DNA of 64,000 nucleotides from positions 64,001 to 128,000 of IMG/VR virus record IMGVR_UViG_3300016471_001035; one strand, given 5' to 3'. The notes beneath the pieces are model-generated. The model was not told where the DNA came from and ran no database searches. It was given only the letters and a program-made list of their open reading frames with translations. The translations under genes and the position numbers were made by a program. Below are positions 10,459-19,195 of the stretch, in pieces. The DNA comes from a virus. How positions within the stretch are numbered: position 1 is the first letter of the stretch; every line of letters starts with the position of its first letter.

Positions 10459-10634
10459 GAAAGCTGTCAAAAAAAGAGATTAAAAGGTTAGAAGAAGAGG
10501 GGCGCTTAAGAGATTTAGTAGAAATTTGGGTCGATCGACATAATCATAAATTAGAATTGTTAAGAACCTTTACAAGTCTAGTAGCTGCTATTTGTTCAGC
10601 TATAGTACTTTTTAAGATTGTTCTACATTTGTAA
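10455..10634 (+). CDS. small C-terminally anchored membrane protein (59 aa)
   Basis: Not in ORF track: MRKLSKKEIKRLEEEGRLRDLVEIWVDRHNHKLELLRTFTSLVAAICSAIVLFKIVLHL; ATGA overlap with the upstream gene, fills the gap. Confidence 0.65.
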   Translation: MRKLSKKEIKRLEEEGRLRDLVEIWVDRHNHKLELLRTFTSLVAAICSAIVLFKIVLHL

Positions 10635-10662
10635 TTGTACTTTTTATTAATGTAGTTATAAT
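10635..10662 (+). promoter_or_regulatory. early promoter of gp43
   Basis: TTGTAC-N16-TATAAT-N6-GTG. Confidence 0.75.
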
Positions 10663-10668
10663 AGTATT

Positions 10669-13257
10669 GTGTATAGAAATGTTGCATATCTTCCTAGAGA
10701 GCAGCTTATGCGGCTATTTACTTGGGATAATGAGGGTAAAAGAGTAGCCCTTGATACAACCTATGAGCCGTACATTTATCTCGAAACAAATAATCATCCT
10801 GACTGTACTAGTATCTTTAACACCAAATTAAAGAAAAAAAGATTTAAAAATCAAGCTGAACGCTCTAGATATTTAAAAGACAATAAAATTGTAAGAGTAT
10901 TTGAAAATCTTAATATTCAACAGCAATTTTTAATTGATAATTTCTGGGAGCACAATGAAAAAGAGGATTTTACTAAACATCAAATAAGAGTTTTGTTTAT
11001 TGATATTGAGACTTACAGTCCCGATGAGTTTCCTAAACCCGACGATCCCACCCATCCCATTAATATTATTACAGTTTATGATACACTAAGAAATAAGTTT
11101 ATTACCTGGGGACTAAAAGCATATCATAAAAATATTGAAAACGGGCTATATATTTATTGTAAAACTGAGAAAGAGTTGTTATCAAAATTTTTAAGTTTTT
11201 TTACTTCTGATTATCCCGATATACTCTCAGGCTGGAATAGTGAATTTTTTGACGTACCTTATATTATTAATAGAATAACCCGAATTCTTGGTGAGGATGA
11301 GACAAAAAAATTATCACCAGTTGGTTATATTAGACCTATTATGTTCAAAGGTAAGTTTGGTAGAGAACAGGTGCACTGGCACATAGAGGGCGTTTCATGT
11401 GTAGATTACCTAGACATTTATAAAAGATTTTGCCCTACATTACGCGAATCATATAAACTTGATTCTATTGGTGAGATTGAATTGGGTGAAAATAAGATTG
11501 ATTACGGTGATACTAATCTTACTAGCCTTGCAGATGATAATTGGGAATTGTTTGTAGAGTATAATATCCAGGACGTTAATTTGCTGGTAAGGTTAGAGCA
11601 AAAACTTCAATATCTTGAATTATTAAGGATGATTGCTTATGCGGGGTTAACTACATTTGAAGGCGCTCTTGGTTCATTATCAGTAATTACGGGTTTATGT
11701 GCTATTAGAGCGAGGTCTCGTAATCAAAGAATCCCTACTTTTAATAAGGAAGTTCACAGCGATGAACAAAATGCTGGTGCGTATGTTGGTGAACCACGCA
11801 AAGGGTTTCAGGAGAATATAGTTTCATTTGACGCTAATAGTCTATATCCAAATGTTATGATAACATTAAACCTCTCTCCTGAAACAAAGGTAGGGGTAAT
11901 CACAGATAAAAATGATAAAGAAATAACTATACAGCATGTAAACGGACAAGAATTTAAATTATCACATCAAAGCTTTGTTGATTTTGTAAAGAAAGAAAAG
12001 ATAGCTATTTCAAAAGCAAAAGTTTTATTTACTCAGAAAGAAAAAGGAATTATACCGGTAACTGTAGATCATTTTTACAAGAAGAGAGTAGAGATTAAAA
12101 GACAGCTTAAACTTTTACAAAAGAAAATTATTTCTATAGAGAAAAACACAGATGAGTATAAGCAACTCAAATTGCAGATAGATAATTTAAATATTACTCA
12201 ACATACTATAAAAATCTTAATTAATACCATATACGGTTATTTCGGTAATAAGCACAGTCCCTTAGGCGATGATCAGCTAGCTGAGAGTATTACTCTTACA
12301 GGCCAAGCTGTAATTAAAGAATCTAATAGATTATTAGAAGAGTATGTAAAAAGTAAGACAGGAATGAGTAATGAAGATATCATAAAAGATACGCCTATAA
12401 TTTACAATGATACTGATAGTTCGTACATTTCTATTAAACATATCGTACAAAAAACAGGATTAAAAATGCTTGATAGTAAGGGTAAAATTACTTCTGAATA
12501 CTATAAAGAGGTACAGTCAATAGAGGACTATCTTAATAAAAATATTGTTGTCTGGGGTCAAACTGCGCTTGGTTCGCAAGATTGTAGGTTAAATTTTAAG
12601 AGAGAAGCTATAGCAGATGCAGGGATTTTTCTACAGAAAAAGAGATATGTACTTCACGTATTAGATGAGGAAGGCATACCATGCAATAAGTTTAAGTATA
12701 CAGGGGTAGAAGTGGTTAGGACTACTATGCCTGCGCCTATAAAGCCCCACGTTAAAAAGATTATTGAGACAATGTTATTAACAAAAGACCTAGCAGCTAC
12801 TAATAAAATTTTTAATGAAACTTATGAAATATTTAAAAACCTTAGCGTAGAAGATATAGCTTTTGTAATGGGCATTAAGGGGTATGAGAAATATTCATCG
12901 ATGTGTGACGGCTTTAAGACAGCAAAACATATGCCTATTCACGTAAAAGCTGCATATTTTTATAATATTTTGCTCGATAGGTTTAATACAGGTAAAAAGT
13001 ATGAAAAGATATCATCTGGAGATAAAGTAAGATATTTTTATGCTAAACAGCCCAACAAATTCGGTATATCTACTATCGGCTATAAGTATTCCTTTCCTAA
13101 AGAATTTAATGATGTGTTCGAACCTGATCACGAATTAATGTTTGAGAAAATTATTTTCTCAGTTATTGAGAGATTTTATGATGCAGTTAATTGGAAGCTT
13201 CAATCCCCAGGGACACAGGTTCAAACTGACCTTTTTGATCTACTAAAAGAAAGTTGA
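10669..13257 (+). CDS. gp43: family B DNA polymerase gp43
   Basis: Exo DIET, GWNSEFFD, YNIQD; Pol DANSLYP, KILINTIYG, YNDTDS, KKRY; C-terminal clamp-binding-like DLFDL. Confidence 0.96.
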   Translation: MYRNVAYLPREQLMRLFTWDNEGKRVALDTTYEPYIYLETNNHPDCTSIFNTKLKKKRFKNQAERSRYLKDNKIVRVFENLNIQQQFLIDNFWEHNEKEDFTKHQIRVLFIDIETYSPDEFPKPDDPTHPINIITVYDTLRNKFITWGLKAYHKNIENGLYIYCKTEKELLSKFLSFFTSDYPDILSGWNSEFFDVPYIINRITRILGEDETKKLSPVGYIRPIMFKGKFGREQVHWHIEGVSCVDYLDIYKRFCPTLRESYKLDSIGEIELGENKIDYGDTNLTSLADDNWELFVEYNIQDVNLLVRLEQKLQYLELLRMIAYAGLTTFEGALGSLSVITGLCAIRARSRNQRIPTFNKEVHSDEQNAGAYVGEPRKGFQENIVSFDANSLYPNVMITLNLSPETKVGVITDKNDKEITIQHVNGQEFKLSHQSFVDFVKKEKIAISKAKVLFTQKEKGIIPVTVDHFYKKRVEIKRQLKLLQKKIISIEKNTDEYKQLKLQIDNLNITQHTIKILINTIYGYFGNKHSPLGDDQLAESITLTGQAVIKESNRLLEEYVKSKTGMSNEDIIKDTPIIYNDTDSSYISIKHIVQKTGLKMLDSKGKITSEYYKEVQSIEDYLNKNIVVWGQTALGSQDCRLNFKREAIADAGIFLQKKRYVLHVLDEEGIPCNKFKYTGVEVVRTTMPAPIKPHVKKIIETMLLTKDLAATNKIFNETYEIFKNLSVEDIAFVMGIKGYEKYSSMCDGFKTAKHMPIHVKAAYFYNILLDRFNTGKKYEKISSGDKVRYFYAKQPNKFGISTIGYKYSFPKEFNDVFEPDHELMFEKIIFSVIERFYDAVNWKLQSPGTQVQTDLFDLLKES

Positions 13258-13281
13258 TTTTAAATTACTATAACATAATAT
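13254..13281 (+). promoter_or_regulatory. early promoter
   Basis: TTGATT-N16-TAATAT-N6-ATG. Confidence 0.65.
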
Positions 13282-13287
13282 ATCTAC

Positions 13288-13644
13288 ATGAGTAAAGAAA
13301 ATATTGTCACTTTTATCGATCACATTGGTAGAACTATTATTGCAACACATGTTGACCAAGATAAGTCACATTTAACTGTTAAAAACCCTGCCATTATCCA
13401 TGTTCAACCTACGCAGAACGGTCAGCTAAATGTGCAGACAATTCCTTTATTTTTTAGAGAATTTGTTGGTGAAAAATCTAAAGCTACAGGAACTACATGG
13501 AAGTTTAATTTACAAAATATTGTTCTAGGTATTGACATTGACAATGATCCTCGTCTGTTAGAACAATATAATAAGCTTTTTACTTTTGTAGCTCCATCCC
13601 CTGCAAAAGAATCAGCTCCTGTAATTAAGTTGTTCGACGAATAA
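13288..13644 (+). CDS. hypothetical protein
   Basis: 118 aa with its own early promoter, between gp43 and uvsX. Confidence 0.6.
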   Translation: MSKENIVTFIDHIGRTIIATHVDQDKSHLTVKNPAIIHVQPTQNGQLNVQTIPLFFREFVGEKSKATGTTWKFNLQNIVLGIDIDNDPRLLEQYNKLFTFVAPSPAKESAPVIKLFDE

Positions 13645-13652
13645 TATTTTAC

Positions 13653-13680
13653 TTGTTTTTTATTTTTCAGTCTTTATACT
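13653..13680 (+). promoter_or_regulatory. early promoter of uvsX
   Basis: TTGTTT-N16-TATACT-N6-ATG. Confidence 0.7.
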
Positions 13681-13686
13681 AGTTTT

Positions 13687-14805
13687 ATGAGTAAAGACCT
13701 TAATAAAATATTTGCGTCACTAGATAAGCTTAATAGCGAAGCTTCTTTTTTAAACGAAAATGCACTTAGTAAAGTTGATGAGTGGTTTGATACTGGATGC
13801 TATGCTCTTAACGCTATTCTTGGCGGGAGTTGTCGCAACGGTGGCGTACCTAAGGGAAGAATAACAGGATTCTCTGGACCTAGTCAAACTGGTAAGACTT
13901 TTATTGTAAATAAGATTTTAGCTACTGCTCAAAAAAAAGGTATTACTCCCGTTATATTTGATACTGAAATAGCTATTGATGAAAATAGTACAAAAGGTGT
14001 AGGTTTGGATCCCGAAAATGTAAAATATGTGCCTGTTGACACCATTGATCAGTGTCGTAATCAAGTTAGTGCACTACTCGATAGTATTATAGAAAATGAT
14101 GCTAGAGGTAAATTTATACTTAGTATTGACAGTTTAGGCAATCTTGCTTCACAGAAAGAGCTCGATGACGTAGCTAAAGATAAATCTGCAGCGGATATGG
14201 GTCTTCGTGCAAAGTCTTTAAAGAGTATGTTTCGCACTTTAACCTTTAAGGCTGCAAAGGCTGGCGTTACAATTCTTTTTACCAATCATACGTATGATGA
14301 TCCAGCTGCAATGTTCCCAAGTCTTGTGAAGAATCAAGCCGGTGGCTCAGGCCCTGTATATATGGCAAGTATACTTGTACAGCTTGCCAAGCGCCACGAG
14401 AAGGAGGGCGAAGGTGATTCTATGGATGTAGAGGACAAGAAGCTAGCAGAAGCCAATAAATACAGCGGTACAACACTTCGTGCATTGACTGTAAAGAATC
14501 GCTTCTTGCCTCCGTTTTTAGAGACTGAAATGTATCTTTCTTTTAAAACCGGTCTTAACAAGTACAGTGGATTGCTTGGTATGGCTGCAGTGAGAGGTAT
14601 CGTTGAACAAAACGGTGCCACATACACAGTGGGGATTACAAGCGGTAAGTACAAGAAGGGTGATAAACTAGGGTATGCAAAGACTTTTGCAAAAGATCCT
14701 GCTTTCTACGAGGAATTTATTATTCCTGAGTTAGATAAGAGATTAATAGAGGAATACAAATATAATGCCAACGAAGAAGGTAAAGAAGAAGAACCTATCG
14801 AGTAG
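13687..14805 (+). CDS. uvsX: UvsX RecA-like recombinase
   Basis: DTGCYALN, GPSQTGKT, DSLGNL, DMGLRAK, NHTY, KNRF. Confidence 0.93.
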   Translation: MSKDLNKIFASLDKLNSEASFLNENALSKVDEWFDTGCYALNAILGGSCRNGGVPKGRITGFSGPSQTGKTFIVNKILATAQKKGITPVIFDTEIAIDENSTKGVGLDPENVKYVPVDTIDQCRNQVSALLDSIIENDARGKFILSIDSLGNLASQKELDDVAKDKSAADMGLRAKSLKSMFRTLTFKAAKAGVTILFTNHTYDDPAAMFPSLVKNQAGGSGPVYMASILVQLAKRHEKEGEGDSMDVEDKKLAEANKYSGTTLRALTVKNRFLPPFLETEMYLSFKTGLNKYSGLLGMAAVRGIVEQNGATYTVGITSGKYKKGDKLGYAKTFAKDPAFYEEFIIPELDKRLIEEYKYNANEEGKEEEPIE

Positions 14806-15535
14806 GGCTGTAGTCCCTGTTAGTGGTGGCATGGACAGCTCAGTACTGCTTCATTTAGCAGCTGAACGGTATGATAAGATAGTTGCTGTAAGCTTTGCAT
14901 ATGGTCAAAAGCACGGGGTAGAAATAATTTATGCTACACGACAGCTAGGCCAAGTACTTAAAAAAGTGGGCGAAAAAAATATAGTACATAAAATTATTAA
15001 TTTACCGTTTTTTAAGGATGTTTGTCAGGTTTCTTCACTTCTTAACAATAAGATTGCAGTAGCTAAAGCCAAGGACGTAATGGGAGATCCGCAAACAGTA
15101 AACTATGTACCTTACAGAAATACGATGCTGCTAAGTATTGCATTAGCAATAGCTGAAAACTGCGGTGCTTCTACTGTTTTTCATGGTGCTGCGCAGGCTG
15201 ATAGTGTTGCGGGATTTTGGGATGGGAGTGAGGAATTTTTAGAACAAATTAACAAACTTTCATCACTCAATAGACGGAACAAGATAACCGTTCAAGCTCC
15301 TTTAATCAAAAAATCTAAATCAGATATTATTAAATTAGGTATAAAGTTGGGAGTAGATTTTAGTCAAACATGGACTTGTTATGAGGGCGGAGAACAGGCC
15401 TGCGGTGAATGTACTGCGTGTTCTTTGAGAATAAAAGGCTTTATTGACGCTGGTTATATAGACCCGGTAAATTATAAAACATTAATACCTTGGGAAAAAT
15501 ATAAGTGTAAGTTAATCTATAACTCTGCAAAATAA
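14765..15535 (+). CDS. queC: QueC-family (7-cyano-7-deazaguanine synthase-like) PP-loop ATPase
   Basis: SGGMDS PP-loop, YGQKH, YVPYRN, TWTCY-x-CGECTAC zinc motif. Confidence 0.88.
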   Translation: MPTKKVKKKNLSSRAVVPVSGGMDSSVLLHLAAERYDKIVAVSFAYGQKHGVEIIYATRQLGQVLKKVGEKNIVHKIINLPFFKDVCQVSSLLNNKIAVAKAKDVMGDPQTVNYVPYRNTMLLSIALAIAENCGASTVFHGAAQADSVAGFWDGSEEFLEQINKLSSLNRRNKITVQAPLIKKSKSDIIKLGIKLGVDFSQTWTCYEGGEQACGECTACSLRIKGFIDAGYIDPVNYKTLIPWEKYKCKLIYNSAK

Positions 15536-16608
15536 TATAATTTACCGCTTGTTGTCTTAAAATTAGCAGGGGTATGTGTCCAAGTAAAACCGTCTTCAGA
15601 AGTTAAAATTTGATCAAAATTTGAATATCCGGCAGTAGAAACGTTAGTGACCAGAAGCACAAATTTACCTTGACCATAAGTAAAGCTTCTAATTCCTCCA
15701 GAAAATAGATTAGTTGTTACATTTCCAGGAATCATATTAAATGTAGCTCCATTATCAGTAGAATATACTGCTTTCATAGAATCGCCCAACACTACCCATT
15801 TACCGTTTCCATAAGCTATAGATTGAGGATAGGAAAAGGTACTAGTATTAGGCCCACTTGAAGCGGCCCAGGATATCCCATCAGAAGAATAGCAAATACC
15901 ATAAGCAGTGGGATTTACACTGTAACCTGCAGCTAAATATCTATTATTTGCAAATAAAGCTTGAATGTACCACAGGGTAAAAGGAAGAGAGGTTGTTGCC
16001 CAACTAATACCATCATTTGAGTAGACAGCTGTATTTGTTCTAGTAGCCCCTCTACCCGGGCTTGAAGCTACAAATCTATTATTTCCGTAAGTAATAGAAG
16101 AATAATGTGATACTGTAGAGCTTGTTGGTAAAGTTGTCTGTATCCAAGAAGCAGCATTATTATTACTGTATGCGCCTCTTCCTAATTGTGTTGTACTGCC
16201 ACCTACAGCTGAAAAAATTCCGTTACCGTAAACAACATCAACTAGATTTGCTCCTGAATAAAAAACGCCCCCGTTAGACCATGTAATTCCTTTATCAGCG
16301 CTGTAAATTGATTTAGTAGAGCTTATTAGAACTAAAATATTGTTAACACTATTATAAGCTAAAGATCTCCAAGTATCTGACACTGGTAAGGATCTGCTAG
16401 TCCAGTTGGTACCGTCATCAGAAAAATAAATTAAATTTTGGGTAGAACCAACATATATAAATTTACCTACATTTTTGTTATAAACATTTTTCCATACACC
16501 TTCATTTTTTACATATCCTTTTTGAACATCTCTCCATTGACCATTATTCTTTACAAATATATTTTTTACAGCTTTCCATGTACCAGAAGATTTAATATAT
16601 GCAGGCAT
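15517..16608 (-). CDS. tail fibre / receptor-binding protein with BNR-like beta-propeller repeats
   Basis: Repeated S.DG..W and YGNG.F/W motifs; N-terminal VK..G.WK repeats. Confidence 0.65.
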   Translation of the reverse strand: MPAYIKSSGTWKAVKNIFVKNNGQWRDVQKGYVKNEGVWKNVYNKNVGKFIYVGSTQNLIYFSDDGTNWTSRSLPVSDTWRSLAYNSVNNILVLISSTKSIYSADKGITWSNGGVFYSGANLVDVVYGNGIFSAVGGSTTQLGRGAYSNNNAASWIQTTLPTSSTVSHYSSITYGNNRFVASSPGRGATRTNTAVYSNDGISWATTSLPFTLWYIQALFANNRYLAAGYSVNPTAYGICYSSDGISWAASSGPNTSTFSYPQSIAYGNGKWVVLGDSMKAVYSTDNGATFNMIPGNVTTNLFSGGIRSFTYGQGKFVLLVTNVSTAGYSNFDQILTSEDGFTWTHTPANFKTTSGKLYYFAEL

Positions 16609-16617
16609 ATATTAATA

Positions 16618-16839
16618 TTAAGTTACTTGATAGTATATATCTCCGTCGTTGCCAGTAGTATTTAATGGCGGACCGGCTGCAGTAGATACAGTTATATTTG
16701 GCTTGCCGGTTATACTTGCAAATGAAACAGGTAAGCTTGATATTTCAGCTTTACTAGTAGCAACTCCATTAGAAAAAGGTATTACGCTAGTACTATCTGG
16801 AATAGCAGGGCTTAATTCTGATATAGTAACATCACCCAT
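16618..16839 (-). CDS. short fibre anchor protein
   Basis: N-terminus MGDVTISEL shared with the fibres starting at 29791 and 31377; ends G.DGDIYYQ. Confidence 0.6.
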   Translation of the reverse strand: MGDVTISELSPAIPDSTSVIPFSNGVATSKAEISSLPVSFASITGKPNITVSTAAGPPLNTTGNDGDIYYQVT

Positions 16840-16851
16840 ATAAATCTCTTT

Positions 16852-17754
16852 TTAAGCAGTACTGTACTTGTCAAATTCGTCGAAGCTTCTTCCACCTTTA
16901 TAACCTAGCTCTCTTGCGATTGAAGTAGGCTCGTCTTCTTCAGGATATTCTTCTACCGTTTCCACTTCACCGGTACCTTCGCCTTCTTTTTTCTCAGATG
17001 AAGGTGAAAAACTATTTTTAAATTTTAATGAATCAATAAAGTCCTGTACCATTTCGCTGTCTTTAGCCATCTTTTCATCATAGGCGCGAATAATAGCCTC
17101 TTCTACTTCTTTTTTAAGCTCAGGTGAATTATAAATATCGCTACCACTAGATACAGTTATTTCATCAGGCAATTCATTAAAGATTGGCATCCATTCTTTA
17201 ATAAATCTAACATCGTTTTTTATAAAGGTATTTGTTGTAGAAGCTGGTGTTGCAGGTGATGTACCAGGTGCACCGGGAGCAACTACTTTCTTACCCTCTA
17301 CCCCAGAGGTAACAGCTTGCTTGACTTGTGCTGGGCTAGCTGCTGCACCACCTTCTACATCTACTCTTAAAACGTTTAACAAATTGTCAACTATTCTAGC
17401 AGTGTATCTAGCTTCAGTACCGCCGAGTTTAAGTTCGTTTTTAATTAAATTTTCTAAATCTGTTCTAAATTTCATCTTAGATCCCGGATAATAAAGCTTA
17501 TATTCTTTACCATCTATAGTATGAATTGCGGGTTTAAAGAGCTTTGTCTGTATTGCTTGAAGTAAACGATTTGCAATTTCTGCTTTTGTTTTACCTTCCT
17601 TTGCAGCTGTTTTACCAATACCATACCCCTTGCCAGGCGCTTTTTCAATATCACCGGTATATCCTAGCTCGTCAGCATATATAGGTGCTTCTTTTAAAAC
17701 CCTAGGTTTTTTAGTTAAATAAGCTTCGAAAATAAGCTTTGTATCTTTGTTCAT
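16852..17754 (-). CDS. hypothetical late (probable head/internal) protein
   Basis: 300 aa; MNKDTKLIFEAY leader; upstream late box. Confidence 0.55.
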   Translation of the reverse strand: MNKDTKLIFEAYLTKKPRVLKEAPIYADELGYTGDIEKAPGKGYGIGKTAAKEGKTKAEIANRLLQAIQTKLFKPAIHTIDGKEYKLYYPGSKMKFRTDLENLIKNELKLGGTEARYTARIVDNLLNVLRVDVEGGAAASPAQVKQAVTSGVEGKKVVAPGAPGTSPATPASTTNTFIKNDVRFIKEWMPIFNELPDEITVSSGSDIYNSPELKKEVEEAIIRAYDEKMAKDSEMVQDFIDSLKFKNSFSPSSEKKEGEGTGEVETVEEYPEEDEPTSIARELGYKGGRSFDEFDKYSTA

Positions 17755-17755
17755 C

Positions 17756-17795
17756 TTGAATTATTTATTCTTTATATTATAATAAATCAGGAGGT
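17756..17795 (+). promoter_or_regulatory. early promoter and Shine-Dalgarno of the GATase
   Basis: TTGAAT-N16-TATAAT-N6-GGAGGT-N7-ATT. Confidence 0.7.
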
Positions 17796-17802
17796 TATAG
17801 CT

Positions 17803-18486
17803 ATTTGCGGTATATTTGGTTCTAAAGACTTTACAACTTATGTAAAGCTTTATAAGAGCAACAAGAAACGTGGTACGTTTTCTTACGGTGGTCTACTGAT
17901 CGGCTCACATATTCACGCTGTTCTCAAGACACCAGGCACTGCCAACCTATCCAATAAGCTAGTTATAGAGTACGGTAAAAAGAGGAGAAACATTACAGAT
18001 TTTGATGTTTTTTTAGGACACACTCAAGCCCCTACATCTGAAAAAAGAACATTTTCACCAAATACATCTCATCCTTTTCAACATAAAGAATGGTTAATTG
18101 CACATAACGGGGTTTTAACAAACGATAAGGAATTAAAAAAGCTTATTAAAGATAAAAAATCTTATAACGTTGTAGATTCATCTGTTATTGCACCGCTTAT
18201 AGCTATGTTTGTTAAAGAGCTAGATGATGAGGTTGCAGGTGTTTGCAAAGCACTATCGCTACTTAAAGGTACGTTTGGCCTTTGGATATATAATCAAAAA
18301 ACTGGTAATATTTTTCTCGCACGATCCGGCAGTACAGTATTCGCAGATTTTCTATCAAACGACTTTTCTTCTTTAAAGGAAAGCGGGTTTGTCCCTCTTG
18401 ACGAAGGTACACTATACCTATTAACTAAGGAAGGGTTAACCTCCGTAGGCGTATTTAAGACTAACTCTCCGTTTTTTACACAATGA
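17803..18486 (+). CDS. class II (Ntn) glutamine amidotransferase, 227 aa, ATT start
   Basis: Frame open from ATT-TGC-GGT-ATA-TTT-GGT ([M]CGIFG) through GHTQAPTS, SHPF, IAHNGVL, VDSSVI, in frame with track ORF 18205; SD AGGAGGT at 17789-17795. Confidence 0.85.
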   Translation: MCGIFGSKDFTTYVKLYKSNKKRGTFSYGGLLIGSHIHAVLKTPGTANLSNKLVIEYGKKRRNITDFDVFLGHTQAPTSEKRTFSPNTSHPFQHKEWLIAHNGVLTNDKELKKLIKDKKSYNVVDSSVIAPLIAMFVKELDDEVAGVCKALSLLKGTFGLWIYNQKTGNIFLARSGSTVFADFLSNDFSSLKESGFVPLDEGTLYLLTKEGLTSVGVFKTNSPFFTQ

Positions 18487-19175
18487 AAACAGCATTTTAT
18501 TTTTGTACAAGAAATTCTAAAGCGCAAGATACTTTTGCATTTAAATCTCTTCAAAGAATTAAACTAGCTACTCTATGGGAGTTTACTATAATTTATAAGG
18601 AAAATAATAATGACGGATTAAGCTTAAATTATAATAGTGTTTTAGAAAAGCATGGTAAAGATTATGATAACATAGTTTTTATACACGATGATGTTTATAT
18701 TGACGATCTTGGAGTGGTAAATAAGCTAGAAAAAGCTCATAATGATTTTGATATTGTAGGTCTTGCTGGGGGGTTAAATCCTGAAATTAAAGCACCCGCC
18801 CTTTGGCATTTAATGTGTGGGGGGTTTAACAGCGGTAATTTGAGAGGAGCAGTAGCCCATAAATTTAATAATGATCAAATTTTTATGACCAATTTTGGCC
18901 CCACACCCGCTAGAGTTGCTATTTTAGATGGACTATTCCTAAGCGTTAAAACCGAATGTTTTTTAAAAAAGGAATTTAAATTTAATGAAAATTATAACTT
19001 CCATCATTATGATATTGCCACCTGTATTGATGCTAATAAAAACAAATTAAAGTTAGGGGTCGTCCCTATATGGGTAGTACATAATTCACCCGGTCTTCTT
19101 AATATCAACGATGCTACATTTAGCGCTAGTCAATCTATATTTTTAAGAGAGTATAGCAGTATTGATTCTGTATAA
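18483..19175 (+). CDS. GT-A fold (GT2-like) glycosyltransferase
   Basis: VFIHDDVYI, IVGLAG, LDGLFL, FHHYDI motifs; ATGA-coupled to the GATase. Confidence 0.75.
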   Translation: MKTAFYFCTRNSKAQDTFAFKSLQRIKLATLWEFTIIYKENNNDGLSLNYNSVLEKHGKDYDNIVFIHDDVYIDDLGVVNKLEKAHNDFDIVGLAGGLNPEIKAPALWHLMCGGFNSGNLRGAVAHKFNNDQIFMTNFGPTPARVAILDGLFLSVKTECFLKKEFKFNENYNFHHYDIATCIDANKNKLKLGVVPIWVVHNSPGLLNINDATFSASQSIFLREYSSIDSV

Positions 19176-19189
19176 TTTTAATATATCAT
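19162..19189 (+). promoter_or_regulatory. early promoter of gp41
   Basis: TTGATT-N16-TATCAT-N6-ATG. Confidence 0.7.
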
Positions 19190-19195
19190 AAGAGA

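Noticed and set aside
12403-12420. YNDTDS instead of YGDTDS in polymerase motif C as a sign of modified-base use
   Set aside because: Catalytic Asp residues are intact; one substitution is not enough evidence.
15517-16839. Programmed readthrough or frameshift fusing the 73-aa anchor to the propeller gene
   Set aside because: The second ORF has its own ATG after a 9-nt spacer and I saw no slippery site or readthrough signal; two separate genes is the simpler reading.
18205-18486. 93-aa ORF as a stand-alone gene
   Set aside because: It is the C-terminal part of the 227-aa GATase; the frame is open from 17803.
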